Below the pieces are notes generated by a model. That model did no database searches. It had not been told where the DNA came from and was given only the letters and a program-made list of their open reading frames with translations. From Octopus sinensis (lineage: Eukaryota): a DNA stretch of 64,000 bases. Position 1 is the stretch's first letter. Every line of letters starts with the position of its first letter. A program made the translations under genes and the position numbers. The stretch spans positions 5,332,001-5,396,000 of the forward strand of contig NC_043017.1 in NCBI RefSeq assembly GCF_006345805.1, in the 5' to 3' direction. Shown here one piece after another: positions 1-10,822 of this stretch.

Positions 1-181
1 TTGGAATATGTGATGTTTTATAGTTATGTATACTTAACGTATATACACAGTTGATAGGCCAGTTACTGCAGTATTTGTCCCGAGATAACATTGCACGTCC
101 ATAAGATATGTAATTCAAGGACAAATGTCAAAGCAACTAGCCTATCATCAGCATATATACATTGAACATGATACATAGAAG

Positions 182-186
182 CTATA

Positions 187-219
<33 letters not shown>

Positions 220-289
220 GGATATTTATGTATATATATGGATGTTTATGTATATATGGATGTTTATGTATATATATGGATATATAAGG

Positions 290-323
<34 letters not shown>

Positions 324-401
324 ATATATATGTATATATATATGTGTGTATATATATATGTATATATATATGTATATATATGTATATATATAGATGTATA
401 T

Positions 402-448
<47 letters not shown>

Positions 449-565
449 ATAAAGAATTTGAACATTCAAACTTTGTTTATTACCATTGTTTGATTCATAA
501 TAATTGTCTGACACGTGTTTCGATCGCATTAATTGTAAATTGTTGCATATATATATATATATGTA
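182..565. repeat. Compound (TA)n/(TATG)n microsatellite
   Basis: Directly visible; source of the Y/I/M-rich pseudo-ORFs. Confidence 0.95.
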
Positions 566-987
566 TATAGCAATTTATACATTATTATCTCTTTAGGATG
601 TTTATAATACGACATTGTTCAAAAAGGAATTTTCATTGTACTTTACACTCTAAGTAGCCAGGAAAAAAACTGTAGCATAGGATGGGAGTTAAAGGAAATT
701 TACCATAAAACACACCATCTGAAGGAACCATACATACATACATATATGTATATATATATATATATATATAATAAATATTAGGGAATGAATCCAAAATTAC
801 AGGGAAAAATCAGATTTAGGGTTAAATCCAATTTTATAGTAAAATATTATATAATATAATTCGAGACAAAACCACTATTTTAAAACCAAACAAGGAAAGA
901 CTTAATCAATACATAAAATTTTAATATAAATTAAATAAACCGCCACTACAATTGTTTCATGTCTGCTTGTTTGGTTTTGTCTCGAAT

Positions 988-1033
<46 letters not shown>

Positions 1034-1287
1034 GTCATGAATTGGTGATAGGATTCATTTCCGATCCTGTTCAGCTACATGGTGTTGATAAGCGACAGAA
1101 ATGGCGAAACATCATTGTCCATCACTGCTGAATGAAATTAGTGGTGAATTATCTCACCTGTCCATGACTTTCAGGTGCTTTGAGAGAATATTCTCCACTG
1201 TGCCAAACCACAGCCTACCGGCAAATGCACAGAGTGTGTATGCTAAGTATATCTGGTTGATCATATGTATATTTATACATACACACA

Positions 1288-1328
<41 letters not shown>

Positions 1329-1330
<2 letters not shown>

Positions 1331-1540
1331 TTTATCCAAACATGAAAACACAAAGAGAAAACACAACAACGCGAGAACATGGAACAAATATAGTATTATT
1401 GGATGCTTAGGAAGGAAGGGAAGGAGTGTTTAACGTTTCGAGCGGAGCTCTTCATCGGAAACATAACAGAAGGAAAGATCCAGAGAAAGGAAGACAGAGG
1501 AAAAAAATCGCCAACGGTACACATGCGGTCACATTTTGAA
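1329..1540 (-). mobile_element. About 200-bp interspersed repeat (family E) with a hammerhead-like core, probably Penelope-like-derived; other copies 2732-2932, 58041-58240, 62993-63192
   Basis: Four similar copies, each starting directly after a (TA)n run with AGT(T)(T/A)ATCCAAAC. The minus strand carries C(C/T)GAnGAAGAGCTCCGCTCGAAACGT. Penelope assignment is inference. Confidence 0.75.
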
Positions 1541-1559
1541 TATGTATATATATATATAT

Positions 1560-2100
1560 AGCTGAAATTTACAGAAAAACAAAAGACGAAGACAGGTGTA
1601 TGAACAACAAACAGGTATATTAGTGTATTAGTTGGGAAAGTGAGAAAGTCTTTTACATTTCGAGCCTACGCTCTTCAACAGAAAGGAATAAGAGGAAATA
1701 AACAGAGAGAATAAAAAACTTGTGGATTTAGTGGTCAAGCATTGTGACTGGAGAAAGAAATGCAAAGTAACAATGTACGGAGTATGGAAAAATAGACAGT
1801 TCAAAAAAGTTCAGACATCGTGGTATATTGGAGTGATTTTTCATCAACAGACGAGTCCAGTGAAATCCATAAAAGTATATCCAATGGTAATCTGGGTAGA
1901 TTGCTGGTATGTAGATGAGGAGAAGTGCAGAAAGTTCAGGCAGTAGTTTAGATATGTAAGTCCAAAGAGTAAGCAGTTAAAACTAGATAAAACTGGAGTA
2001 ACCTCGTGAGCGTATAATATATTGTTGAAATTTACAGAAAAACAAAAGATGAAGACAGGTGTATGAACGAGAAGCAGGTGTATTAGTTTGATGCTTGGGA
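1560..2100 (-). mobile_element. Element (family J) with about 65-bp direct terminal repeats (1563-1625 and 2026-2090) and a hammerhead-like core at 1650-1685
   Basis: TGAAATTTACAGAAAAACAAAAGAYGAAGACAGGTGTATGAAC occurs twice; minus-strand CTGTTGAAGAGCGTAGGCTCGAAA. Confidence 0.55.
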
Positions 2101-2291
2101 GTAAGCACATAAATGTGAAACAAGGTGGGGGTAAAAATAGTACTTGAATACTGAAGGTAGAGTAATAGGCTTTATTATTAAAGCTGCAAAACATCACAGA
2201 GATATCACAAAAAACTGCTACTCCGAGTTTCATCTTCCTGTTCATTGGACAGTGTTTTATATATATATATACTTTTTATATATATATATAC

Positions 2292-2355
<64 letters not shown>

Positions 2356-2368
2356 TTTATATATATAG

Positions 2369-2699
2369 TGAAGGCGCATGGCTCAGTGGTTAGAGCGTCG
2401 AGCTTATGATCGTGAGGTTGTGAGCTTGAATCCCGGACCGGGCTGCGTGTTGTGTTCTTGAGCAAGGCACTTTATTTCACGTTGCTCCAGTTCACTCAGC
2501 TGTAGAAATGAGTTGCGACGTCACAGGTGCCAAGCTGTATCGACCTTTGTCTTTCCCTTGGATAACATCAGTGGTGTTGAGAGGGGAGGCTGGTATGCAT
2601 GGGCGACTGCTGGTCTTCCATAAACAACCTTGCCCGGACTTGTGTCTAGGAGGGTAACTTTCTAGGTGCAATCCCATGGTCATTCATGACCGAAGGGGG

Positions 2700-2705
<6 letters not shown>
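2369..2705 (+). mobile_element. tRNA-derived SINE (family D); second full copy 3955-4281, partial or related copies near 4490-4665 (-), 19560-19730 (+), 63680-63935 (-)
   Basis: A box TGGCTCAGTGG and B-box-like TTGAATCCC in the head; shared body TTCTTGAGCAAG.CACTTTATTTCACGTTGCTCCAGTTCACTCAGCTGTAGAAATGAG; the two full copies are co-linear over about 330 bp. Confidence 0.85.
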
Positions 2706-2730
<25 letters not shown>

Positions 2731-5091
2731 AAGTTAATCCAAACATGAAAACACAACAACGCGAGGACGTGGAACAAATATAGTATTATTGGACGCTCAG
2801 GAAGGAAGGGAAGGAGGAGGGTTTTACGTTTCAGGCGGAGCTCTTTGTCAGAAACATAGGAAAAGGAAAAATCCAGAGAAAGGAAGACGGAGGAAAAAAA
2901 ATTGCCAGCGGTACACACGCGGTCACATTTTGCACCTTTTATATATATAAAGTATATATATATATATACATATATATATATACTTTATATATATAAAAGG
3001 TACAACTGATGTTAGAGACAGATGAACTTGTTTGCTTAGTCGGTAATAGTCAGTGTTAGATATATATATATATATATATATATGTATAAAATCCATTTGT
3101 ATTATGTGTGAAATGCATATTTATATATGTGTGTGTTCGTGCGTGTCTGTAGTTGTTGACAAAGTGTTGTAGTCTGTCTCTTCGATGCTAGTCACAAATG
3201 AAGCACCATTTATATCCACTCTGTTCACACTCAACCTTTCCTTTCACTCTAGCTTGCTTGCAACAGCAGCCATTTGCTATCATAGAGCAGATATACAAAT
3301 AGCTTATAGACACTTCCTTTGTCTCTCTTTCTTTTATTTCATTGTAATTTTTTTCTTTCCAATTTTTTTTATTTTCTATCTCTTTCTTTAACATTAATTT
3401 TCATTCCATATTTCATTTTATTCTTCATATTTTATCCTTCTTTTGGTTTATTTCTTCATTATGTCTTTTCTTTCCTTCTTTGATTATTTCTTCATTTTTT
3501 ATCTTTTCTTTCCTTCTTTGATTATTTCTTCATTTTTGTCTTTTCTTCTTTTCTTCTTTGATTTCTTCATTTTTATCTTTTCTTTCCTTCTTCTTCGATT
3601 ACTTCTTCATTTTTCATCTTTTCTTTCCTTCTTTATTTTCTTCACCATCGTCATCATCATCGTTTCCATAATGTTGTCATTCATTTCACAGTTTCATTTC
3701 AGTTCAAAATTTCTTCAAAACCAAATTTTTTTCATTTTCAATTTCCAAGAATATCAAAAATTAAAAATTTAAAAAAAAAAAGTAATTTAAAAAATTGAAT
3801 CAACGCAAACATTTAAGAGGAGTGATATTGTAGATCAAAAGAAACCCGTGGTACCAGCTCAGCAAAGAAACAAACGTTGGATGCTGCAATTTCAGCTGCC
3901 ATCGTAACAATGATTTCGACCGAATATTACTGTAGTTTTATTGATGATGGTGTAGGAGGCGCATGGCTCAATGGTTAAAGCATCAAGCTCACAATCATGA
4001 GGTAGTGAGTTCGATTCCAAGACCGGGTTGTGTGTTGTGTTCTTGAGCAAGACACTTTATTTCACGTTGCTCCAGTTCACTCAGCTGTAGAAATGAGTTG
4101 TGACGTCACAGGTGCCAAGCTGTATCGGGGTCTCTTTGCCTTTCTTGTGGAGAGGAGAGGCTGGTATGCATAGATGGCTGCTGGGCTTTCGTAAACAACC
4201 TTGGCTGGACTTGTGCCTCAGAGGGGAACTTTCTAGGTGCAACCCCATGGTCATTCATGACCGAAGGAAATCTTTACCCTTTAGTAGTAGTAGTAGTAGA
4301 AGTTGTAGTAGTAGTAGTAGTAGTTGTAGTAGTAGTTGTGCAGTTGATTACATAACAATAACAATAAAAAAAACATGCATTCCATTGTGATCAACAGAAC
4401 AGCTTGCTTGTGGAATAAACGTACAGGTGGCTGAGTACTCCACAGGCATGCATGCCCTTAACGTAGTTTTCAGGGAGATTTAGCGTGACACAAAGTGTTA
4501 CACAGCTGGCCCCTTTGAAGAACAGGTGCAATTCCATTTTTGCCAGCTGAGTGGACTGGGGCAATGTGAAGTAAAGTGTCTTGCTCAAGGACACGGCACA
4601 CTGCCAGGAATTGAACTCATGACCTTACAGTCAGGAGCTGAATACTCTAACCTCTTAGCAACGTGGTTTCACTAATGATAACAATAACAACAACAACAAG
4701 AATGAGAAATCAGAAACAGAATCACAAAAAAACCAGTGAATCTAATTCCAAATATGGTAAATTTTCTCCTCTCTGGCACCGGTGGGATCAGAGAGTTGCT
4801 GGATTATTGAATTTTCCAGATATATATCATCACTTTTGAAATTAGTAATGCACCTCGTAAAACTCATTAAAACTGTCTGTGATTGTCCCCCACAACATCG
4901 CTTGACAACCGGTGCTGGTGTGTTTACATCCTCGTAACTTAGCGGTTCGGCAAAAGAGACTGATAGAATAAGTACTAGGTTTATAAAGAATAAGTCCTGG
5001 GGTCAATTTGCTCGACTAAAAGGCGGTGCTCTAGTATGGCCACAGTCAAATGACTGAAACAAGTAAAAGTGAGTAAAGAGTATACATCTAT

Positions 5092-5246
5092 GCGCAGGAG
5101 TGGCTTTGCTAACCAACCACATGGTTCCGGGTTCAGTCCCACTGCGTGGCATCTTGGGCAAGTGTCTTCTGCTATAGCCCAAGGCCGACCAATGCCTTGT
5201 GAGTGGATTTGGTAGACGGAAACTGAAAGAAGCCTGTTGTATATAT

Positions 5247-5278
<32 letters not shown>

Positions 5279-5495
5279 ATGTTTGTGTGTCTGTGTTTGT
5301 CCCTCTAGCATTGCTTGACAACCAATGCTGGTGTGTTTGTGTCCCTGTCACTTAGCGGTTCGGCAAAAGAGACTACTAGAATAAGTACTAGGCTGACAAA
5401 GAATAAGTCTCGGGGTCGATTTGCTCGACTAAAAGGCGGTGCTCCAGCATAGCCGCAGTCAAATGACTGAAACAAGTAAAAGAAAGTAAAGAGTA
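5092..5495 (+). mobile_element. Composite SINE family A+B (tRNA head, CORE-like motif, internal TA/TG microsatellite, B tail)
   Basis: GGAGTGGCT...GGTTCAGTCCC...TTGGGCAAGTGTCTTC...AAACTGAAAGAAGCC-(TA/TG)n-...CAGTCAAATGACTGAAACAAGTAAAAG; repeated many times in the window. Confidence 0.85.
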
Positions 5496-5524
5496 TACAT
5501 CTATTTTATCATTGATATCCTGAA

Positions 5525-6510
5525 TATAGTATGAGGGCCTTCGCTGTAACAGCGCTCTGCTGCATCCATCATTTGCTGGTTGATTCCCTATTACTTCTGG
5601 TTGATGACATCTTTGCATCACTCAGGTGACAACCCTTCCGCCCATGGGTCTCCTTGGGTAGTCGTTAGTGGTGAGGGTTTTACAAGGTCAGAAGCCTCTT
5701 TTAGTCCTCTTTTACGGCACAGAGGAAATGATGGGTCTAACAAACAATTTTATTAACCTAAGTAAGTAGTACAGGACATACGGGGTAACAGCACATCACT
5801 GCATCTACCATTTGTTGGTGCATCCCTACTACTCCCAGCAGATCACACCTTTGCGCCACTCTGGAGACAACCATCTAACCCACGGATCTGTTTTGGGTAG
5901 TCATTGCCGGTGAGGATTTTATGAGGTCAAAGTGCAAATCCTACCACAGGCTTTTAGTCATCCTTTTACAATCTGCAGAGGAAGCATTGGCTTTATTCTT
6001 TGACATCCCATGCTGGCCCCACATGGCACAATTGATGGTGGGACAGAAATAGGAATAAATAAAAAATATAATTTGACCGTTTAGCATTTAAACCAGCCAT
6101 ATCCGGCTAAAATATTCTGCTTTTTTTTATGGTCAAACTGCCCTTATCCAACATCTCACTTCTACTTTACAATATTGTAATGAAAAATAAACTGTCACAT
6201 CACTGAAGTCTTGAAGCTATAAAATAATGCATGATTAATCCAAAATAATATGCTTTACATTTGACAGAATAATTTGATCCCTAAAAGGGTTTAGTGAAGA
6301 GTACATTCTATTAACATAGGTAGTAGTAGCATGGAGGTATGTGCTGTAACAGCACATTGTTACATCAACCATTTGTTGGTGCTTCTCAACTACTCCTGGT
6401 GGATGACACGTTTGCAATATTCTTGTGACAAACCCTTCAGCCCATGGATCCATTTAGGTAGTCGTTGATGGTGAAGGGTTTTATGAGGTTGGAGTGCAAA
6501 TCTGCTGGCA
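5525..6510. repeat. Three diverged copies of an unclassified unit of about 200 bp (5525-5725, 5785-5985, 6335-6510)
   Basis: Shared GTAACAGC...CCAT(C/T)(A/T)TTTG(C/T)TGGT...GGTAGTC(G/A)TT..(T/C)GGTGA(G/A)GG.TTT order in all three. Confidence 0.6.
6075..6292 (+). mobile_element. MITE (family I) with degenerate CCCTTT/AAAGGG-type ends; second copy about 13595-13812
   Basis: Co-linear AAACCAG.C.TATCC.GC.AAAATATTCTGC...ACATCA..GAA.TC...AAGCTA...; this copy ends CTAAAAGGGTT. Confidence 0.55.
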
Positions 6511-6812
6511 CCTGTGCTAGTGCCATGTATAAAGCACTTGTGCTGGTGCCACATAAAAAAGCACTAGGAAGGGTGTCCAGCTGTGGAAAATATGCCAAAG
6601 CTGACAATTGGATCCTGGTACAGCTTTCCAGATGGCCATCTCCTGTCAAACCACCCAACCCATGCTAGCAAGAAAAACAGAACATTAGATTGTGATGGCT
6701 GTTGTTTGGCTCCAACTCAGCTCTAATTCAACTATGATCAAGTACAATCTAGCTGTGACCATCCTGTATTGTCACAAAACAGGATTCCAACAGTGTCAAA
6801 CAACATCTGTTT

Positions 6813-6978
6813 ATAGGTGCAGGAGTGGCTGTTTGTTAAGTAGCTTGCTTACGAACCACATGGTTCCGGGTTCAGTCCCACTGCATGGCACCTTGGGCAA
6901 GTGTCTTCTACTATAGCCTCGAGATGACCAAAGCCTTGTGAGTGGATTTGGTAGATGGAAACTGAAAGAAGCCCATCG

Positions 6979-7011
<33 letters not shown>

Positions 7012-7238
7012 GTATGTATGTGTGTGTATATGTTTGTGTGTATGTGTTTGTTACCCCCAACATCGCTTAACAACCAATGGTGGTGTGTTTACGTTCCCGT
7101 AACTTAGCAGTTCAGCAAAAGAGACCGATAGAATAAGTACTAGGCTTACAAAGAATAAGTCCTGGGGTCGATTTGCTCGACTAAAAGGCGGTGCACCAGC
7201 ATGGCCACAGTTAAAATGACTGAAACAAGTAAAAGAGT
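6813..7238 (+). mobile_element. Composite SINE family A+B
   Basis: Co-linear with the 45442-45834 copy. Confidence 0.85.
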
Positions 7239-8159
7239 ACCAAAAGCAGCTCTCAAAGCAAGACACCCAAGACCACATGGTTGGGATGCAAGCCTCTTAA
7301 TCTCACAGAAAATATTCAAATTGATTAACGCGAAAATGTTTTCTCATATTGGTTTTCCCAGAATGTGAGAGTGGGGGGGGGGGGCTTCTGAAAGAATTTA
7401 AGAACTGAAATTGTAATTTCAGTGAATAAACGTAATTTCGATGAATCTTAAATTCATTTTCTCTTCTACCACTCAATTCTTTTGTTGGTCGTTATTCATT
7501 TTATGAGAAACATCAGAATTTTACCAATTTTTGAAATTTCACCTGAAAGAAACTGAAAAAAAAAAAAAAAAAATTTTAATTGATATTTTCATCTGTCTTT
7601 CTCTTATACAGTTGATTGAATAATCATGTGTGTGTGTGCTAAATTTGGTAATTCTGAAAAGAAAAAGAAATCAGATTTAACCAAATGCCTGACTGAAATA
7701 GAAAGACATTAAAATATATTCATGTGTCTGGTGTTTTTAATTATCTTTGCAGCTTCGTTAGTATGTTAGATTTGATATGACTTCGTTTTAATTATTTGGA
7801 AATAATTCTTGAAATTTGTTTATCATTTCCTCCTTTAAATGTATTGCAACGTTCGTTCACAGTTGTAATGGATCCGTGTAGAAAACTGTGTTGAAGAACT
7901 TCACATGAGGAAGGGGTTCGGTTTTTCCAGAGGGATAACATTCAGTGGGGGAAAAAGGATTGGGTACATTGGGCATAGGGATTGGTGCAGAACCAGAATA
8001 GCAGGGTGGAGAGAGGAAAAAACCCCCCAAATAAGTTGGGTTCTGGTGGATCAGGAAAACTACTTGTGTGTTGCAGTGTTTTTGTTATTGGACTGTGGCC
8101 ATGCTGGGGCATGGCTTTGAAGGGTTTTAGTTGAAGAAATCAACCTCATTCTCCCTGGC

Positions 8160-8424
8160 ACAGGCATGGTTGTGTGGTAAGAAGCTTGCATCCCAGTCAC
8201 CTGGTTCTGGGTTCAGTCCAACTGTGTGGCACCTTGGACAAGTGTCTTCAACTATAGCCGCGAGCCGACCAAAGCCTTGTGAGTGGATTTGGTAGACGAA
8301 AACTGAAAGAAGCCCATCATATATACACACACACACACATATATACGTATGTATGTCTATATATGTATATATATATGTGTGTCTTTTTGTCTGTTTGTCC
8401 GCCCACCATCACTTGACAACCAAT
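8160..8424 (+). mobile_element. SINE family A with truncated B part
   Basis: Head, CACCTTGGACAAGTGTCTTC, AAACTGAAAGAAGCCC, then microsatellite. Confidence 0.8.
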
Positions 8425-8938
8425 GCTATCATAACTCCCTCTTACATATTCTACGGTAGCTTCTATATAAGGGGAAGCTATCATAGCTTTCTCTTATATA
8501 GACTGTACATAGAAATAAGGATCCACCATAGCTCCCTCTTATATAGTCTGTAGCTAAAAATAAAGGACCACCATAGCTCCCTCTTACATAATCCATACCT
8601 AGTAATACAGAGCTATTCTGACTCCCTCTTAAAGAGTTTGTCTCCAGTAATAAATATCTAATAATACAAAGCTGCCATTTCTCCCTCTTACAGAGTCTGT
8701 ATCTAGAAATAAAGGGATTCAATAGCTCCCTCTTACACAATCTGTGCCTAGTAATGCCCAGTAATAAGGGGCTACCATAGCTCCCTCATATGTAGTCTCT
8801 ACCTTGAAATAAAGGGCCACCATAACACCCTCCTATATAATCTGTACCTAGCAATACAGGGCTACTATAGCTCCCTTTTACATAGTTTGTACCTAGAAAT
8901 ACGGGGCTACCATAGCTCCCTTTTACATTATCTGTATC
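8425..8938. repeat. Diverged 45-bp minisatellite, about 11 units
   Basis: CCATAGCTCCCTCTTA motif recurs with 45-bp spacing (for example 8526, 8571). Confidence 0.85.
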
Positions 8939-9262
8939 TGGTTTTAACTGCTTTATTAATAAGTTTTTTCTGTTTTTGTTAAGAATCGGCAATGTGTTCA
9001 GTATTACAGAATTAAATCTCGAAAAAAACCCAAAAATAATCAATTATGTTTCCCAAGATTATAATTTGAAATATTTAATCTAATTGCTTTGTTATTTTTT
9101 TTTTATTAAAATTTTTTTTTTTTGCACCGAAATCTCATATCCAGGCTAACTTTGTATCACACCTCCCAGGGTGGTTCAGACATACCCAACCCCTGCAAAT
9201 CAGCATTTTAGTTTGTGGCTAAGAAATTAATAAGTAACATGTCTATGTTACTTTGGGATTAA

Positions 9263-9485
9263 CCCTTTCATTACCAACCCGGCTGAAACCACCTCTGGCT
9301 CTGTAGTACAAATGTCTAATTTTCATAAGTTTTGAACTAAAATCTTCCACCAAAACCTTAGTCACAATTTATGTTCCTAACACTAGGTTAATGATAACTA
9401 AGTTATTTTACTGAATTCTTTGTTACATTTTAAAGTAATTGAAGGAAACACAGAGCATCTCAACAGAAATACAGTAATGAAAGGG
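9263..9485 (+). mobile_element. piggyBac-type MITE (family H) with TTAA flanks; other copies 16761-16980, 30001-30200(-), 44745-44966, 44998-45195
   Basis: TTAA-CCCTTTCATTAC ... GTAATGAAAGGG-TTAA terminal inverted repeats. TTAA target duplication and CCC termini are characteristic of piggyBac. No transposase ORF. Confidence 0.8.
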
Positions 9486-9631
9486 TTAAAAACAAAAGCC
9501 AATTGGAGTTCTATTAAAATTCTTTTCGCAATTTGAGGTCATTCTTGACTAATCTCTGAAATGTCTCATCTTTCTTCAGAGACAACATCAAGATTTATCC
9601 TTTTCACACTTCCTTCAAACTGAGAGCTGAA

Positions 9632-10067
9632 GCTGTCTGTCTCTCTGTCACTCTGTCAATCTGTCTTTCTCTCACTCTGCTTGTCTCCCTTTCTCTGTCC
9701 TTCCTTTTCTGTTTGTCTCCCTCCCTCACCTTTGCCTGTCTTTGTCTGTCTTTCTCTCTCTCTCTCTTCCCCACTCTCTCTGTCTCTCTCACTCAGCCTG
9801 TCTCTTCGAGACTCTCTATCTCATACTTTCTTTCTCTCTCTCTCTTCTCTCTCTCTCTCTCTCTGTCCATCTGTCCCATTTTCTCTCTGCCTGCCTATCT
9901 GTTTCTCTCTCTCTCTCTCTCTCTGTCCATCTGTCCCACTTTCTCTCTGCCTACCTATCTGTTTCTCTCTCTCTCTCTATCCATCTGCCCCATTTTCTCT
10001 CTGCCTGCCTATCTGTTTCTCTCTCTCTCTCTATCCATCTGTCCCATTTTCTCTCTGCCTGCCTATC

Positions 10068-10103
<36 letters not shown>

Positions 10104-10195
10104 CATCTGTCCCACTTTGTCTCTGCCTGCCTATTCCGTTTGTCTCTCTTTCTCTCTCTCTCGTTCATTCGTCTCCCCCTCCCCCTCCTATCTAC
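9632..10195 (+). repeat. Polypyrimidine (CT)n-rich region containing five copies of a 54-68-bp unit, directly upstream of the 10234 exon
   Basis: CCATCTG(T/C)CC motif at 9867, 9927, 9981, 10035, 10103; no AG dinucleotide between 9811 and 10196. Confidence 0.9.
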
Positions 10196-10233
10196 TAGAC
10201 TTGAGAGAAACTCAACATTTCTTCTACTTACAG

Positions 10234-10436
10234 TACGAGAAAGAAGTTTCTACGTTGAAGAAGCAGTTACTGGAGGCGCAATCCCGTCTTCATGAAGCTG
10301 AACGTATGCTGTTCACCCAAGAATCGGGTACGCAACAGATGATGCAGGACTGGCAACAGCGTTTAGAGGAGAGTGAGGAACGAATGCGCAAACAGCAAGC
10401 TGAGAAAGACGACCAAATTAAGACTGTCATAGAGCG
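10234..10436 (+). CDS. RASAL2/DAB2IP-like: Internal coding exon (203 nt, phase 0 to phase 2) of a SynGAP/DAB2IP/RASAL2-family Ras GTPase-activating protein; first half of the C-terminal coiled coil
   Basis: Acceptor ttctacttacAG at 10232-10233 and donor CG|GTATGT at 10437. Translation YEKEVSTLKKQLLEAQSRLHEAERMLFTQESGTQQMMQDWQQRLEESEERMRKQQAEKDDQIKTVIE(R) aligns by eye with SynGAP1 YEEEIHSLKERL...[26 protein letters not shown] (recalled). CpG-rich compared with the flanking introns. Confidence 0.95.
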
Positions 10437-10822
10437 GTATGTCATAGCTTACTCGTCCCATTGACCCCTATCCCCCAATCATCTGTTCTCCTTTGTTATA
10501 AAAGGACTTTCTATTTAGTTGCTCCTTAGGAAAAAAAAAGGAAACCACAAAAAAAAAAAGAAAAAAAAGAACTATGGTAATGAGAATAATTCTTTCTAAT
10601 TTTGACACAAAGTTAGCAATTTTGAAAAGAAGGGGCAGGTTCATTACATCGACCCCCCCTGTTCTTGATCGGTACTTATTTCATCCATCCTGAAAGGGAT
10701 TGACCAGCAGCATCGACCTTGGTGGAATTTGAAATCAGAATGTAAGGAGCCAGAATAAGTAAACTGCTAAACATCTTGTCTGGTGTTCTAGCAATTTCAC
10801 CAGCTCATCACCATGGTAATAA

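Noticed and set aside
2369-2445. SINE heads as tRNA genes (also 3955, 21313, 45442)
   Set aside because: A and B boxes are present but no complete cloverleaf, and each continues into a repeated SINE body.
3253-3302. Possible exon after CTTTCCTTTCACTCTAG reading CLQQQPFAIIEQIYK*
   Set aside because: That reading needs phase 2, whereas the intron before the 10234 exon is phase 0 (LACNSSHLLS*); no donor or homology support.
3443-3772. F/L/I/S-rich ORF suggesting a membrane protein (similar ORFs at 36200, 47017, 53679)
   Set aside because: Product of T-rich low-complexity DNA; non-ATG start and no exon signals.
7612-7647. 36-nt AG-GT cassette with stops in all three frames
   Set aside because: Contains a (TG)n microsatellite and has no other support; probably a chance splice-site pair.
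9681-10233. N-terminal parts of ORFs 9681, 9713 and 9742
   Set aside because: Translations of the CT-rich tract; homology starts only after the acceptor at 10233.
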